In this document: positions 11,001 through 21,001 of the stretch, piece after piece
How positions within the stretch are numbered: the first letter of the stretch is position 1
Layout: the number at the start of each line of letters is the position of its first letter
NCBI GenBank assembly: GCA_964529445.1
Contig: CAZGWJ010000001.1
Coordinates: 14,863-78,862 of the forward strand
DNA length: 64,000 bases
DNA from: an uncultured bacterium
GTDB lineage: Bacteria; Oederibacteriota; Muellerivitia; Muellerivitales; Muellerivitaceae
Direction of reading: 5' to 3'
Program-made: the position numbers and the translations under genes
Notes under the pieces: generated by a model
What the model saw: only the letters and a program-made list of their open reading frames with translations
Database searches by the model: none
What the model was told of the DNA's origin: nothing

Positions 11001-11237
11001 AAGGCCGTCCGAAAGGGGATCGACGAGAAGGAATGGCTCCGCATCGACGCGGAACTGCTGGAGGTGGCCCGCATTGTCGTGGAGGGAGTGCGCGCCGGCT
11101 TGTTCCCCGGAATGGCCGGTAATTGCCCGTATTGCGATTATCGTCTCCTCTGCGGCACGGGCATGAAGGAAAGGGCCGAGCGCAAACAGGACGATCCGGC
11201 TATCGCGGACCTTTGCCGGTTGGAGGGCATCCAGTGA
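8025..11237 (+). CDS. AddB-like PD-(D/E)XK nuclease subunit of an AddAB-type helicase-nuclease (inactive helicase-like N-terminus, C-terminal nuclease with Cys cluster)
   Basis: 1070 aa with no Walker A. The C-terminus ...GNCPYCDYRLLCG carries the Fe-S-type Cys cluster typical of AddB. It precedes the AddA-like helicase. The start is TTG at 8025 or GTG at 8046. Confidence 0.75.
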   Translation: MSKGSHPVTLSLYRGPFQPFLEEKLVERVGAFRATHPRDGLTVLVPNHLLTRHLRRILTGREGSLFNVGISTLQHHLKESTEELFLSRGSRPVPTGAASLVLEALCPPASLAGGPFESMAGKPGFHPAIHKTILELQEAMFEPVALRKAADVLSSEEGGRTLSSRLRTIADVWDSYVSWKSKNGFHDGTDAARAVLKSASGQGPLFLYGFYDATRLQEAVFAHWAGFRPVECFVPAMDREAFEYARPFVERLKVLGAEIRESAEYPSGDSPLSRLQARLFGFGGHEPDVSLEKEEAFAGSDLKVFLCPGEEREMREAAREMASAALEGNIPLRECAVLFRTPEAYEDLSAPVFATQEIPFEWRLSHPLGRTPEGRVAAALWKCLSEDFPRGTVMDLLYSGCVDPRTFSVEGTGWNPGAWDILSREAQVVGGLDQWRTRIGALMDDLVAREKREGKREGDSRLSDVDALRGVVDALARMARDLPAGGSIEERAASFARLLERIILPGDVREALVRAFKGLRALEGLPQDQPPFADLLRTLLEGIQVEPPGSSEGGIGLLPLMDARGVPFDVVALPGLAEKGVPRLVRPDPFLPDGARFRLNEWASSAKIGAYIPPKSESAKEERLLFALGVMAARKRLILTVPVLDVAGGQVRYPSVYVLEAVEAAAGRDPARSGFPKGLVRNIRYDELDRGDIASCSDDRERLVTAMAIARRGNLVPALAYIRRHPFYLPGETLLRERQDSSVFTVFDGMIRDKTLLGKLNDRFSLEKGAWSPTRLETYATCPLKYYFRYALSIPVTPEPEQELEIDAPSRGSLIHEVLEKTFARGLEEGWLKARDAAQAREAAGQEIERTLDRFEKDGVTGSAVLWMRERAVVRETVMNTLEVALRETDWEVAAIEASFGGEGKPGFALTLPDGSAVELKGRVDRVDLSRDRHKTRVVDYKSGSATAYHNNRLEKGMHIQLALYARAVGRLFPGTQPGPAVYEFVTQGTRDKAVRKGIDEKEWLRIDAELLEVARIVVEGVRAGLFPGMAGNCPYCDYRLLCGTGMKERAERKQDDPAIADLCRLEGIQ

Positions 11238-14200
11238 CGGCGCCCCGAAAACCCGCGGATACGAAGATTCGGGAGCGCCTCGTCAGGGCGCGGGGTGTGA
11301 ACGTGACCGTGGACGCCTCGGCCGGCACCGGCAAGACCCACCTCATGATGGACCGGCTTCTTTTCCTGCTGGAGGAGGAGCACGTACCTTTGCCCCGCAT
11401 CGCCGCCATCACATTCACCAAGAAGGCCGCGGGGGAACTCGTCACCCGTCTGCGCGAACGCATCGAAAAGGCGGAGCGGGCGGACGGCGCCGACCGGGCC
11501 CTGCTGCGACGCGCCCTGCAGGACCTGGAACAAGCTTCGGTGGCCACCATCCATTCGTTCTGCGCAGGCCTGTTGTCCGAATACCCCGTGGAGGCGGGCG
11601 TCGACCCCCGCTTGTCGGTCCTCGAGGAGGACCAGGCCCGGGCTTTCGAGTCCGAATGTTGGGACGGTTTCCTGCGCGCCTTGAAGGCGGAGGCGGCCCG
11701 GCCACTCCTTGATGCTTTGCACGCCGGCTTGACGCTCACCCATGTCCAGGAGCTCAAAAGATCGCTGCTTTCGTTCCGCTCCCTGCTTTCACGGCCTGAA
11801 GCGGGGCCCCTTCCGGCACCGGAAGGGGTCCGGTCGGCCCTTGACGCGGCTGCGAAGGTTTTCGGGAGGGAGCGATCCCATTGCACCGACGAGGAGGACG
11901 CGCTCTTCGTCATCGTGGAGGGTGTTGGGGCCTGGAGGGAACGCCTGGCCGGGCTGAAGGGTACCGAACAGGCATTGGCCGCCGCTCGGCAGGGGGAACC
12001 CAAGTTCAACCGCAAGGGGAGCGAGAAGAACTGGGGCGGCAAGGCCCGCATCACAGCCGTCCGGGAAGCGGTCGCGGACGTGGCCGATGCCTGGAGGGAA
12101 TACCAGACCCTCTTCGGCGAGGTCCTCCTGCGGAACCTCACGGGATTCCTCTGGGATTACCTCGACCAATACGCCGCCCGAAAAAGCGAGGCCGGTTTTC
12201 TCGACTTCAACGACCAGTTGCTCAAGACGCGCGACCTGCTCCTGCATCATCCGGAGGTGCGGGAGGCCCTGAAGCGGCGTTACGACCACCTCCTGGTGGA
12301 TGAATTCCAGGATACCGACCCGCTCCAGGTCCAGATCGTCTTCCTGCTTTGCGAGGAGAGGGGCCGATCAGCCGGCCGATTCGAGGATGTCGTCCTCGAG
12401 AAGGGCAAGCTCTTCCTGGTGGGCGACCCCAAGCAGAGCATCTACCGTTTCCGGGGGGCCGACGTCGAGATGTACGAGGACGCCCGCCGCCGCGTGGCCG
12501 CCCAAGGGGGTTTGAACGAGACGCTGGGCGTTTGTTTCCGCATGAGACCCGCCTTGGTGGCCTTTTCCAATCGTTTCCTCGCCCCGCTCTTCGAGGGGAG
12601 CGGCGACTACGTCCCGCAGACGGCCCATCGCGGTGAGCCGGAGGATCCGCGTGCCATTCCGCCGCTCTGGGTCCTTTCCGTTTCGATGCCGGAGGGGAAG
12701 GTGTCAGCCGATGAACGCCGTCTCCTCGAGGCGAAGGCCGTGGCGTCCTTCCTGAAGCGGGGTCTTCTCGCGGGGGCCCACACGGTCCCGGACCGTGACG
12801 GAAAGGGCAACCATCTCCTGGGACCCGGGGACGTGGCGGTCCTCTTCAAGGAACTCTCCACCTACGAGGATGTTTACGAGAAGGCGTTCCGCGAGGCGGG
12901 CCTGCCCTATGCGGTCGTGGGAGGACGGCGCTTCTATAACCGCATGGAGGTCGCGAACCTGACGGCGATCCTCCTGGCCCTGCGATCCCCGGCCGACGAG
13001 GCCGCTGTCGCGGCTTGCCTGCGGGGTCCCGCTTACGGTTTTTCCGACGAGGACCTTTTATCGTTCCGTCTGGCGGGTGGGCGATTCCTCTACCTGGAGG
13101 ATCCGCCCGAGCTCGCAGACCCCGACGGGCGTTTCAAGGCCGCCTTCCGCCAGCTGGGCGCGCTCCACGAGGCCGCGCGGACGCTCTCGACGCCGGATAT
13201 CCTGTTGCGCATCCTTCTGGACACGGCGCTCATGGCCGTGACCGCGGCCCAGCATTACGGCGAGCAACGCGTCGCCAATCTGCTGAAGGTGGTGGACCAG
13301 TCGCGGGACCTGGAGCGAAGCGGCGGCAACTCCTTCCGCAATTTCGTCGAGTGGCTTCAGGCCCGGAGGGAGGAGGCGGCGCGTGAAGGCGAGGCGCCGG
13401 GTCCGGACCAGGCGGGCGACCGCGTGACGCTTATGACGGTGCACCAGGCCAAGGGGCTCGAGTTCCCGGTCGTCGTGGTGGCGGGTGGCGGCGATTGGGA
13501 CAAGGACGAATCGTTTCTCCCGGATCGCTCCAGCGGACGGCTCGAGACCAAGCTGGGGGGTTACCGGACTTCGGGGATGGAAGAGGCGATGGGGCGCGAG
13601 GCCGCCCGACAACAGGCGGAAACGCAACGGCTCCTTTATGTGGCTTGCACGAGGCCGAGGGAATCCCTCGTGATCCCGCTCCTGCCAGACACGGGGGAGA
13701 AGAAATTTCTGGCCCCATTTCTCGGTGCGCTCACGAAGGACGAAGGAACCCACGATCTCGCACCGGGCTTGCAAGGCCATTTCATCGCCTTTTCGGACGA
13801 GCCGGGGAAACGTGCGGACCTCGCGGCCTTCCAGGTTCTCCTGGCGAATGCGAAGGCGGACCCGAAGGCCGTTCGGAGCCTGGCGGATGCACTGGATAAG
13901 TCCGCGGAAGAGAGAAGAAACCGGATCCGGGAGCTCCACGACGCGGGTCGACGCGTCACGGCCCACCGCGTCGCGGAGGAGGAGGGCGAGAACGCTTCGG
14001 CGTCCTCGGAAGCCATGGCGTTCGGGAGCACGGTGCATCGTCTGATGGCCGGGGGGGTGGGTGCCAGGAAGGAACCGTCTGCGGCAACGATCCGTTCCGT
14101 GGGCTTGGCTTCGGGTCTGTCGAAGACGGCGGTTTCGGAGGCGCAGGGCCTGATCGCAAGGGCTTTCGCCTCGCCCCTCATCCTGCGAGCCATGGCCTCG

Positions 14201-14461
14201 AAGGAGGTCCACGTGGAATTGCCGGTCTCTCTGGTGGATGCGGCTGGTGAGATGCTCGAGGGCGTGATGGACCTGGCGTTCGTCGAGGACGGGAAGTGGG
14301 TCGTGGTGGATTACAAGACCGACCGGGATCCGGCGCGTTTCAAGGAGAAATATGAAGCGCAGTTGAAGGCGTATGCGAGGTTGCTGGAGGCGTCAACAAA
14401 GATGCCGGTGAAGGAGAAGGTGCTGTTGTTCCTGAGGTCCGGGGAAGAGGCCCGGGTCTAG
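11234..14461 (+). CDS. AddA/UvrD-like ATP-dependent helicase with C-terminal PD-(D/E)XK nuclease domain
   Basis: Walker A VDASAGTGKTHLM, UvrD-type motifs (QDTDPLQ, VGDPKQSIYRFRGAD), and the C-terminal nuclease motif MDLAFVEDGKWVVVDYKTD. The GTG start at 11234 overlaps the upstream stop (GTGA). Confidence 0.85.
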   Translation: MTAPRKPADTKIRERLVRARGVNVTVDASAGTGKTHLMMDRLLFLLEEEHVPLPRIAAITFTKKAAGELVTRLRERIEKAERADGADRALLRRALQDLEQASVATIHSFCAGLLSEYPVEAGVDPRLSVLEEDQARAFESECWDGFLRALKAEAARPLLDALHAGLTLTHVQELKRSLLSFRSLLSRPEAGPLPAPEGVRSALDAAAKVFGRERSHCTDEEDALFVIVEGVGAWRERLAGLKGTEQALAAARQGEPKFNRKGSEKNWGGKARITAVREAVADVADAWREYQTLFGEVLLRNLTGFLWDYLDQYAARKSEAGFLDFNDQLLKTRDLLLHHPEVREALKRRYDHLLVDEFQDTDPLQVQIVFLLCEERGRSAGRFEDVVLEKGKLFLVGDPKQSIYRFRGADVEMYEDARRRVAAQGGLNETLGVCFRMRPALVAFSNRFLAPLFEGSGDYVPQTAHRGEPEDPRAIPPLWVLSVSMPEGKVSADERRLLEAKAVASFLKRGLLAGAHTVPDRDGKGNHLLGPGDVAVLFKELSTYEDVYEKAFREAGLPYAVVGGRRFYNRMEVANLTAILLALRSPADEAAVAACLRGPAYGFSDEDLLSFRLAGGRFLYLEDPPELADPDGRFKAAFRQLGALHEAARTLSTPDILLRILLDTALMAVTAAQHYGEQRVANLLKVVDQSRDLERSGGNSFRNFVEWLQARREEAAREGEAPGPDQAGDRVTLMTVHQAKGLEFPVVVVAGGGDWDKDESFLPDRSSGRLETKLGGYRTSGMEEAMGREAARQQAETQRLLYVACTRPRESLVIPLLPDTGEKKFLAPFLGALTKDEGTHDLAPGLQGHFIAFSDEPGKRADLAAFQVLLANAKADPKAVRSLADALDKSAEERRNRIRELHDAGRRVTAHRVAEEEGENASASSEAMAFGSTVHRLMAGGVGARKEPSAATIRSVGLASGLSKTAVSEAQGLIARAFASPLILRAMASKEVHVELPVSLVDAAGEMLEGVMDLAFVEDGKWVVVDYKTDRDPARFKEKYEAQLKAYARLLEASTKMPVKEKVLLFLRSGEEARV

Positions 14462-14618
14462 CAGGATGCTGAATAAGTCCCCATGGAGACCTTTTCACGT
14501 CATGCGCGGATCTCGCAGTCGGAAAAGGCGGTATTGTCCGTTCAATCCTTGGCTAAGGGCAGGAGCCATAAACACTTTTCAGCAACCTGCCAGAAGCGAC
14601 TCGCAGCGGTTTCGCGGG

Positions 14619-16682
14619 TCACGGACGGCTAGGCCAAGCCCGCCCGATATTCGCCGGATGCCACCTCGTTTTCTTCTGCGTGTCATACCGGTCGCGGATG
14701 AACATCAGATGTGTCGCCGGGTACCCCCGCTTCAGCGCGTCCGCGAGGATCTTGTAGGATATCCTGTAAAGATGGTCGTTCGGGTCCGATCCCAGGCGTC
14801 TTCTTTCAGCCCCCGCCAGGATCAGGGCCTTCTCTGCAAGCACACTCACCAGCAGGGGATCACCCGATCGTGCCAGGAGCGCGATCATCTCGTCGAGATC
14901 CTCCCGGTTCGAGGATTGGTCAGCACGCAACAGTTGACGGTATACAAGCGTATTGAGCACCCGGTTCCCGTAGCACAGTTCGAGCAGATCATGGACGACG
15001 ATTTTTGAAGAGGGTAAAACGATCAGGGCGAGCGGGGGCGAGCCGTCCAGAGGCTCCCGGAGCCGGTAAAAACGGGCGTCCTTCCAGCGGATTTCAAGGA
15101 ACTGTCGATAGTCCGCGTCTACGACCAGGGCGATCCAATGGGTGTCGTCATCGGTTTTGCACGGATGTTCGGAACGGATGACCGGAAGTAAAAGTGCGGG
15201 ATCGGCGGGTTTCGCGCGCAGATTTCCCAGCAACCGTCCCGGCCCGTCGGAGGCGGACAATTCCTTCAGGATCTTCCAGACATCATGATCGGCAATGTTC
15301 CGTGCCCGGGCCACCCGGGGATCCCATCGGATCGTGGCATTCCGGTAGGGTCCGAAAAGCTGGACCAGGTCCACAACCGACGAGATGGCCAGGATGAGCG
15401 TCAATACGACCGGTGAGATCCGGAACGGGGGAACCCGGGACAGGAACCGATCCAGTCCCCATGCCGCCAGTCCCAGGGCGAGCAGGAAGGCCGGAAGGAT
15501 CCGGAAGGGTTCGATCCCCCGGGCGAGAATGCCCGGGATGAGGTAAAGAACGAAAAGACCCAATCCCAGGAGACGATGACGGCGGTGGAGAATGAACAAG
15601 AGGGCACCTTCCAAGAACAGGACGGCCAGCATGGGATTCAGCAGGCCGCCCCAAAGGGGACCGTAATCCGTGGAATGCCCCGGGATCCCCGTGAGCAGGG
15701 TGCGGAGATAGCCGGAAATGTTGTGAAGGGATTCCGTCAGGGCTCGGGGATCCGAGAGGAGGATCTTGTCCCGGATGTGTCCACCGAAGCCCTCTTTCCA
15801 GGCGGCGTATCCGAAGAGGATCCAACCGGGAAGGGAACCCAGGAACATCCGGATCCGGTTTCCCCGACGATCCGGATGGCCTTTGGTGAGCGTTCCAGCG
15901 AGGAGGCCGAAACTTACGACGATCCCGGGCCAGATGGCATAAGTTAAAAACCCCAAACTCCATGCGATCCCGATAGTCCAGGCGAGTCGCTTTCTTCGAG
16001 ACGCGGAATTTTCCCGAGCATGAAGACCGATTAGCGTCCAAGTGACCGTGAACAGGATGATAAAGGGAACGACCGGGAGGCAGAAACGTGAGATCAAAAG
16101 GGGCCAGATCCCAAAAGTCATGAATGTGGTGGCGATCAAGGCGGCTCGGACTCCCGCAAAGGGGCGGACCGCCAGGAATGCCAGGGGGAGGCATACGAAG
16201 GAAAGGACGACTTGAAAGGATCGCATGGACTCGAGGCCCACTCCGAAAAGGGAAAACCATCCGGCCAGCATTGCGTGGAAAGCGGGCGGATGCTGGGCGA
16301 AACCATGAAAGAAGCGACCGTTCCAGCCGTCGATCGACCAGAGCTGCGAGATCAGGAGAGCCTCCGACTCGTCGCCGGTCGGCCATGGAAAAAAGGAGTG
16401 GAGTTGGAAGGATCGGGCGAACAGACCGCCCAGAAGGAGGATCGACAGGACCCGGGCAACGGTCCTCGGATCGGTCGAAGTTGTTTTCGGCGAGGGAGGA
16501 GGCGGGCCCAACCTCAAACGCAGGATATAGATCAGGATGATCAGGGCCCAGAACGCGGCGACGAGGATCTTCGGCAGGTCCTGGGTCGCCAGGATCGTGA
16601 AAAGGATCAAGGTGATCGCGGGACGTGAGAATTCCTGGAACGGATGGACCGGAAGGGTGTCGAGGTGGCGGGTCGAGGACAT
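14619..16682 (-). CDS. GT39/PMT_2-family (ArnT-like) polytopic membrane glycosyltransferase with C-terminal helical-repeat region
   Basis: About 11 TM segments, the DE motif in the first loop (TGDESEALL), GGLLNP motif, and C-terminal soluble domain. Paralogue of the next two genes. Confidence 0.75.
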   Translation of the reverse strand: MSSTRHLDTLPVHPFQEFSRPAITLILFTILATQDLPKILVAAFWALIILIYILRLRLGPPPPSPKTTSTDPRTVARVLSILLLGGLFARSFQLHSFFPWPTGDESEALLISQLWSIDGWNGRFFHGFAQHPPAFHAMLAGWFSLFGVGLESMRSFQVVLSFVCLPLAFLAVRPFAGVRAALIATTFMTFGIWPLLISRFCLPVVPFIILFTVTWTLIGLHARENSASRRKRLAWTIGIAWSLGFLTYAIWPGIVVSFGLLAGTLTKGHPDRRGNRIRMFLGSLPGWILFGYAAWKEGFGGHIRDKILLSDPRALTESLHNISGYLRTLLTGIPGHSTDYGPLWGGLLNPMLAVLFLEGALLFILHRRHRLLGLGLFVLYLIPGILARGIEPFRILPAFLLALGLAAWGLDRFLSRVPPFRISPVVLTLILAISSVVDLVQLFGPYRNATIRWDPRVARARNIADHDVWKILKELSASDGPGRLLGNLRAKPADPALLLPVIRSEHPCKTDDDTHWIALVVDADYRQFLEIRWKDARFYRLREPLDGSPPLALIVLPSSKIVVHDLLELCYGNRVLNTLVYRQLLRADQSSNREDLDEMIALLARSGDPLLVSVLAEKALILAGAERRRLGSDPNDHLYRISYKILADALKRGYPATHLMFIRDRYDTQKKTRWHPANIGRAWPSRP

Positions 16683-16763
16683 GATGCCAGTCTATCAAAA
16701 GGCGCGCCGGGGACCCAACGCATCGGATTTATCGTGATCAGGATCCCGATTCGGGAAAAGGGA

Positions 16764-18881
16764 TCAACCCGGATCCCGGTAGTACTTCTCCAGTAATTGC
16801 AGGTTCTTGCGGGCCGGCGTCCGATCGATCGGCGCCGCCAGGGCACCCCGGAAGTAGGCCTGAGCGGCTTCCCGGTCGCCTCGACGGATGGCCAGGACGC
16901 CCAGTTCGTTCAAAAGGTGTGCGGCCGGATATCCCTCCTTCGCGGCTTGTTCATACGAGCGAACCATGGACTCGGGATCCCGATTGGCTCCGTGATTCAA
17001 GGCAAGCGATTCATGGACCAGGGAGGTCAGGAAGCGGTCGCGCGAAGCATCCTTTCGCAGCGACTCCAGGGAGCGAAGAATGCCCGTCCGGGGGCGTTCC
17101 ACACCGCAGTTCAGGACCTGATGGGTGATTTTCTGGACCTGTCGATGGAAACGGCCCCACTGTTCCAGGGTCTCCCGGTTCCCGGGCTCCACGGGGAGGA
17201 TTCCCAGGACCCACTCGCCGTCCGGACGAGGTCGGTTCCAAGGGAGGATCTGCCAGCGGACCCCGGGGAAGCGATTGTCCAGGAACGGAAGATGATGGAT
17301 GTTTACGATGAATGCCGCCCAGCGCACTTCCACAGACCGATGGCGGGGGTTTTCCAGCGCGTCGAAGGGATGAACCGCCACGGAGAGGGTTTGGTCGTAG
17401 GGATCCGAATGCATTTGAGGCATGATCCATCCCGGACCTTCCTTCGACGCCTTCGCGTGAAGGGTCCTGAACGCGGCCGCATACTCGCGGGAATAGTAGA
17501 AGTCCTCCTGGGAGGGATCTCGTTTGAAATAGGCGGGTTGAGCCACGAAAAGATGGTAGGCACTCATCGCGGCGCAAGCCGCGAGAAGCAACAGGATGAC
17601 CGGGGTCCTTCGATTGGATGAAAGGGCGCGGATCGTGGCATCAAAAGAACAGGCGGCGACAGCCAGGACGAAGGGGATCGCCGCCGTGAGTCGGAAGGCT
17701 TCAAAATCCCGCGTCAGGAGTGCCGGCATCAGACTGATCACCAGCCCGGGCAACAGGAAACGCCGTGAGGGATGTTCTCGGTGGCGGATCAGAAGGACAA
17801 GACCCGCCAGAAAGAGGGCGCCGAGAAGGGGATCGAGCAGCCCCCCCCACATGGGTTTGAACGCGAAGAGGGGTGTTTCGACGCCCCAGAGAAGGCTTCC
17901 GAGATAGACGGCAATGCTGTGAAACCACTCTCCCGCGTTACCCCGGCCGGATGCGAAACCGATCCGAGCCAGGTAACCGCCGTAACCGTCTAGAAAGGCC
18001 TGCCGGAGGATGGGGAGTGGCAGAAGGAAGGCGGGTAGGGCGAAGAGAAGGAGCGTCCGGCGTCTCGAGGGTGCATTTTGCGTCTCCACGAACAGCATCA
18101 TCCCGGTCAGAAGCATCACGACGGGCCATCCCAGGTAGGAATAGAAACCGACCGCATTGCAAAGACCGAGGAGCAGGATCCAGCGCCCCCGGCGCGGTTC
18201 GGGCGAATTCCGCCAGGCACCCAAGAGGGCCAGGATGGCGAATTCCAGGAATAGGAAGAGAACCAGGTTGACTGCGGCGCGTCCCACGTGAAGGGGCCAG
18301 AAGGAGAAAGCGAGAAGAAGGGTGGCGATCCGGGCGGCCCTCGCATCCAGGAGGGTCCTGAAAGCCGGATAGGCGATGAAAAGGACTAGAATTGAGATCA
18401 CGGAGGGAAAACCCCAGAGCGAAACCAGTGAGGGCTCGATGAAACGAAACCAGGCCATGAGAGCCCAGTGGGTCAGGGGCGGCAATTGGGTCACGCTGTA
18501 CAGGAAACGGCCGTCCCATCCGTGAACCGCCATGTGGGAAGCGATGAATCCGAAGAGTCCCTCGTCGAGATTGGGCCATGGATAGAGACGGGTCAGGTTC
18601 GCGATTCGCAGAAAGACGCCCAGTCCGATGGCTGCGATCCAGAAGGCATTGGAAGCGAGGAGAGGAGGGATCGGGATTCTCCGAATCCCGGTATCCAGGC
18701 GGACCCTCCAGAATCGGAGAAGGATGAACAGAACGACGAGGGGAGCGACCATGGGGCGTATCCCGAGCGGGAGAGGAACATGCGCGAGAAGAGCCAGGAG
18801 CGACGCGGAGATCACCAAGGTGCCGAGGGGAGAAACGGGTGACAGGATTCCCCGAAGGTGAACGATAGGTCTGAAAATCAT
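16764..18881 (-). CDS. GT39/PMT_2-family membrane glycosyltransferase (paralogue 2)
   Basis: NLDEGLFGF...HGWDGRF, GGLLDP, and a TPR-like C-terminus (YEQAAKEGYPAAHLLNELGVLAIRRGDREAAQAYF). Confidence 0.75.
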   Translation of the reverse strand: MIFRPIVHLRGILSPVSPLGTLVISASLLALLAHVPLPLGIRPMVAPLVVLFILLRFWRVRLDTGIRRIPIPPLLASNAFWIAAIGLGVFLRIANLTRLYPWPNLDEGLFGFIASHMAVHGWDGRFLYSVTQLPPLTHWALMAWFRFIEPSLVSLWGFPSVISILVLFIAYPAFRTLLDARAARIATLLLAFSFWPLHVGRAAVNLVLFLFLEFAILALLGAWRNSPEPRRGRWILLLGLCNAVGFYSYLGWPVVMLLTGMMLFVETQNAPSRRRTLLLFALPAFLLPLPILRQAFLDGYGGYLARIGFASGRGNAGEWFHSIAVYLGSLLWGVETPLFAFKPMWGGLLDPLLGALFLAGLVLLIRHREHPSRRFLLPGLVISLMPALLTRDFEAFRLTAAIPFVLAVAACSFDATIRALSSNRRTPVILLLLAACAAMSAYHLFVAQPAYFKRDPSQEDFYYSREYAAAFRTLHAKASKEGPGWIMPQMHSDPYDQTLSVAVHPFDALENPRHRSVEVRWAAFIVNIHHLPFLDNRFPGVRWQILPWNRPRPDGEWVLGILPVEPGNRETLEQWGRFHRQVQKITHQVLNCGVERPRTGILRSLESLRKDASRDRFLTSLVHESLALNHGANRDPESMVRSYEQAAKEGYPAAHLLNELGVLAIRRGDREAAQAYFRGALAAPIDRTPARKNLQLLEKYYRDPG

Positions 18882-19036
18882 GAGGTCAGTTTATCAAAGC
18901 CGTCTGTGAGCCGCCAGCCGGTATTCCTTGACCCTCCGGGATGACGAGCCGAGCTTTTTTACCCCTCCAGGCCGACATCCATGCGTCGGGATGGGATTTC
19001 AAGGGGGACGAGTCCACCTCAGTCCGGGGCATCCAT

Positions 19037-20947
19037 TCAGTTCCGTGGATCGGAGGTCACTCGCCGGTATACCTCCCGAAGGAAAGCGTCCCCTTCGAAA
19101 AGCCGACGATTGGCCACCAGATCCTCAAGGTGTCGCTTCCGGACGCTCGCGGGGCTTGCCCCGAGGTCCATGTCCTCGAGTCTTGTCCGATAAAGGTGCT
19201 GAAGGAAGCTCTCGGCGGCAAGAAGCCGGTTCAAACGCCCCCGGTCGATCTGATCCATCGAGAAGATGGCGATTCCCTTGGGGCGATCGCTCCCATCGGT
19301 GGACGAAGGCAGGGGGATCCGACGGCAATCCGGAGAAAGCCCCTTGAGCAGCGGGTACAAGTCGTCGTCCGTGAGGAAAGCGGCCCAAACGGCATGATCC
19401 AGTTGCGTGCCGGGTTTGGACAGGATATTCCAGGGCCGCGAGAGGACCTGAAGGGAGGGATTCATGGAGGAAAAGGAAACCGGGTCCGAAGTGTCCAATC
19501 GCAGGAACAACATACCCATTCCGTGGTCCCGAGCGTGATCCTGGAGCAAGCGGAAGGTGTACAAGTCCTCGATCCGACGCTGCCCCTCCCACCGCTGGGG
19601 GTCCGTGGCCCAGGCCCGGGCGGGTCCCCAGAGATGGAAGAGATTCAGCCCGGAGGATAGAACCAGCAGGAATACCAGCGCATAGGTCGGGCGCTGGGTC
19701 GTTGCACCCAGCACGCGAAGGCCGCGATAAAGGAAGAAACAGGTCAGGGGTTGAAGGTGCGCCAACCGGGTGAAATTGACGCCGCTCGTGAGGAACACAG
19801 GGAGGAGCAGGAGCGGGAACAGAAGGAGCATGAACAAATGGCCGGGATCCTTCCGGCGGCGGAAGGAATCGGCAAGGCCCGAAAGAAAGAACGCCAACTC
19901 GATCGGATTGAGAAGACCGCCCCAGGCGGGGCCATACCGGAAAGAATCGACGGGATTCGTCGCGAAAGCCGCAAGGTACGAGAAGCGCGCCAAAAAATCA
20001 TAGGGATCCGCCGGGAGGGTCAGCATGTTCATCAGGTGTCCGCGATAGGCACCTCGGAAGGCAAGGATCAGCAGGGGAACCAGGAACAGAAGGGGGATCC
20101 CGACGAGCCAGGGAATGCTCCTGCGGATGGACGCGTCCTTCAGGCGGTGACGGTAGGCCAGGAGTGCCGCGACAAGGACGGCGGGCACGATCCAGGACCA
20201 GCTGAAGAAGGTGAGGAAACCCGCACCAAGACAGATTCCCAAGAGCAGCATCCACCCTGTCCGTCCCCACCTTCCGCTTGTCGAGATGAATACCGTCAGG
20301 AAGCCGCAGAGACATTCCCAGAAGAGGAGCAGGACGTAGGGATGCGAATGACGTCCGGGGAGAAGGGACCAATACCCGAGGGCCGTCCAAGCCAGGACGC
20401 CCAGGAAGGCGTTCATCCCTCCCAGGCGGCTTGCGGTGGCGGCTGTCAACCCCCAAGCACCCGCGACGAGAAGCGCCGGAAACAGCCAAAGCGAGAAGGG
20501 GGAAGGTCCGAGGAACCGGAAGAAGAGGGCTTGGATCCAGATGAAGAGGGGCGGTAGCGAGGAATAGAAGTAGTGGAAACGTCCATCCCAACCCTCGATG
20601 TTATCGAGCGCATAGAGCCCGTGGATCCCTTCGTCATAAAGCGGCCAAGCCGAATAACCGGTTACGTTCCAGAACCGTGCAAGCAGACCCGCGATCAGAA
20701 GAATGGCGAACAGGATTCCGGGGCGCCCGACGGGAAAGAGGGGCTTATTGGGCGATTCCCGAAGTGGAAGGGGATGGATTGCCAGCAGCAGGACGAAGAA
20801 CAGGAGGATCGACGAAAGGAATACCTTGGGAAGGTATCCCAAGCTTGGATAGGCGATGAACGTGCTGATCGCGATCAGGACGGCCAGTGCGGTCCGGGAG
20901 AAGCGCCGGTCTTCGAGGGAGACCGCGGTGACAGGACGAGGGGTCAT
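19037..20947 (-). CDS. GT39/PMT_2-family membrane glycosyltransferase (paralogue 3)
   Basis: LYDEGIHGLYALDNIEGWDGRF, GGLLNP, same architecture. Confidence 0.75.
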   Translation of the reverse strand: MTPRPVTAVSLEDRRFSRTALAVLIAISTFIAYPSLGYLPKVFLSSILLFFVLLLAIHPLPLRESPNKPLFPVGRPGILFAILLIAGLLARFWNVTGYSAWPLYDEGIHGLYALDNIEGWDGRFHYFYSSLPPLFIWIQALFFRFLGPSPFSLWLFPALLVAGAWGLTAATASRLGGMNAFLGVLAWTALGYWSLLPGRHSHPYVLLLFWECLCGFLTVFISTSGRWGRTGWMLLLGICLGAGFLTFFSWSWIVPAVLVAALLAYRHRLKDASIRRSIPWLVGIPLLFLVPLLILAFRGAYRGHLMNMLTLPADPYDFLARFSYLAAFATNPVDSFRYGPAWGGLLNPIELAFFLSGLADSFRRRKDPGHLFMLLLFPLLLLPVFLTSGVNFTRLAHLQPLTCFFLYRGLRVLGATTQRPTYALVFLLVLSSGLNLFHLWGPARAWATDPQRWEGQRRIEDLYTFRLLQDHARDHGMGMLFLRLDTSDPVSFSSMNPSLQVLSRPWNILSKPGTQLDHAVWAAFLTDDDLYPLLKGLSPDCRRIPLPSSTDGSDRPKGIAIFSMDQIDRGRLNRLLAAESFLQHLYRTRLEDMDLGASPASVRKRHLEDLVANRRLFEGDAFLREVYRRVTSDPRN

Positions 20948-21001
20948 GCCGGCAGTCTAGCAAACGAGACCCGCGTCTTCAAACGGGGACGTCCAAGCCC
21001 A

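Noticed and set aside
13058-14212. 384-aa minus-strand ORF and other small ORFs overlapping addA
   Set aside because: Shadow frames inside the AddA-like helicase gene.
15283-16698. 471-aa minus-strand ORF overlapping GT39 paralogue 1
   Set aside because: Out-of-frame overlap on the same strand with a Pro/Arg/Gly-rich junk translation. The 687-aa membrane protein is the real gene.
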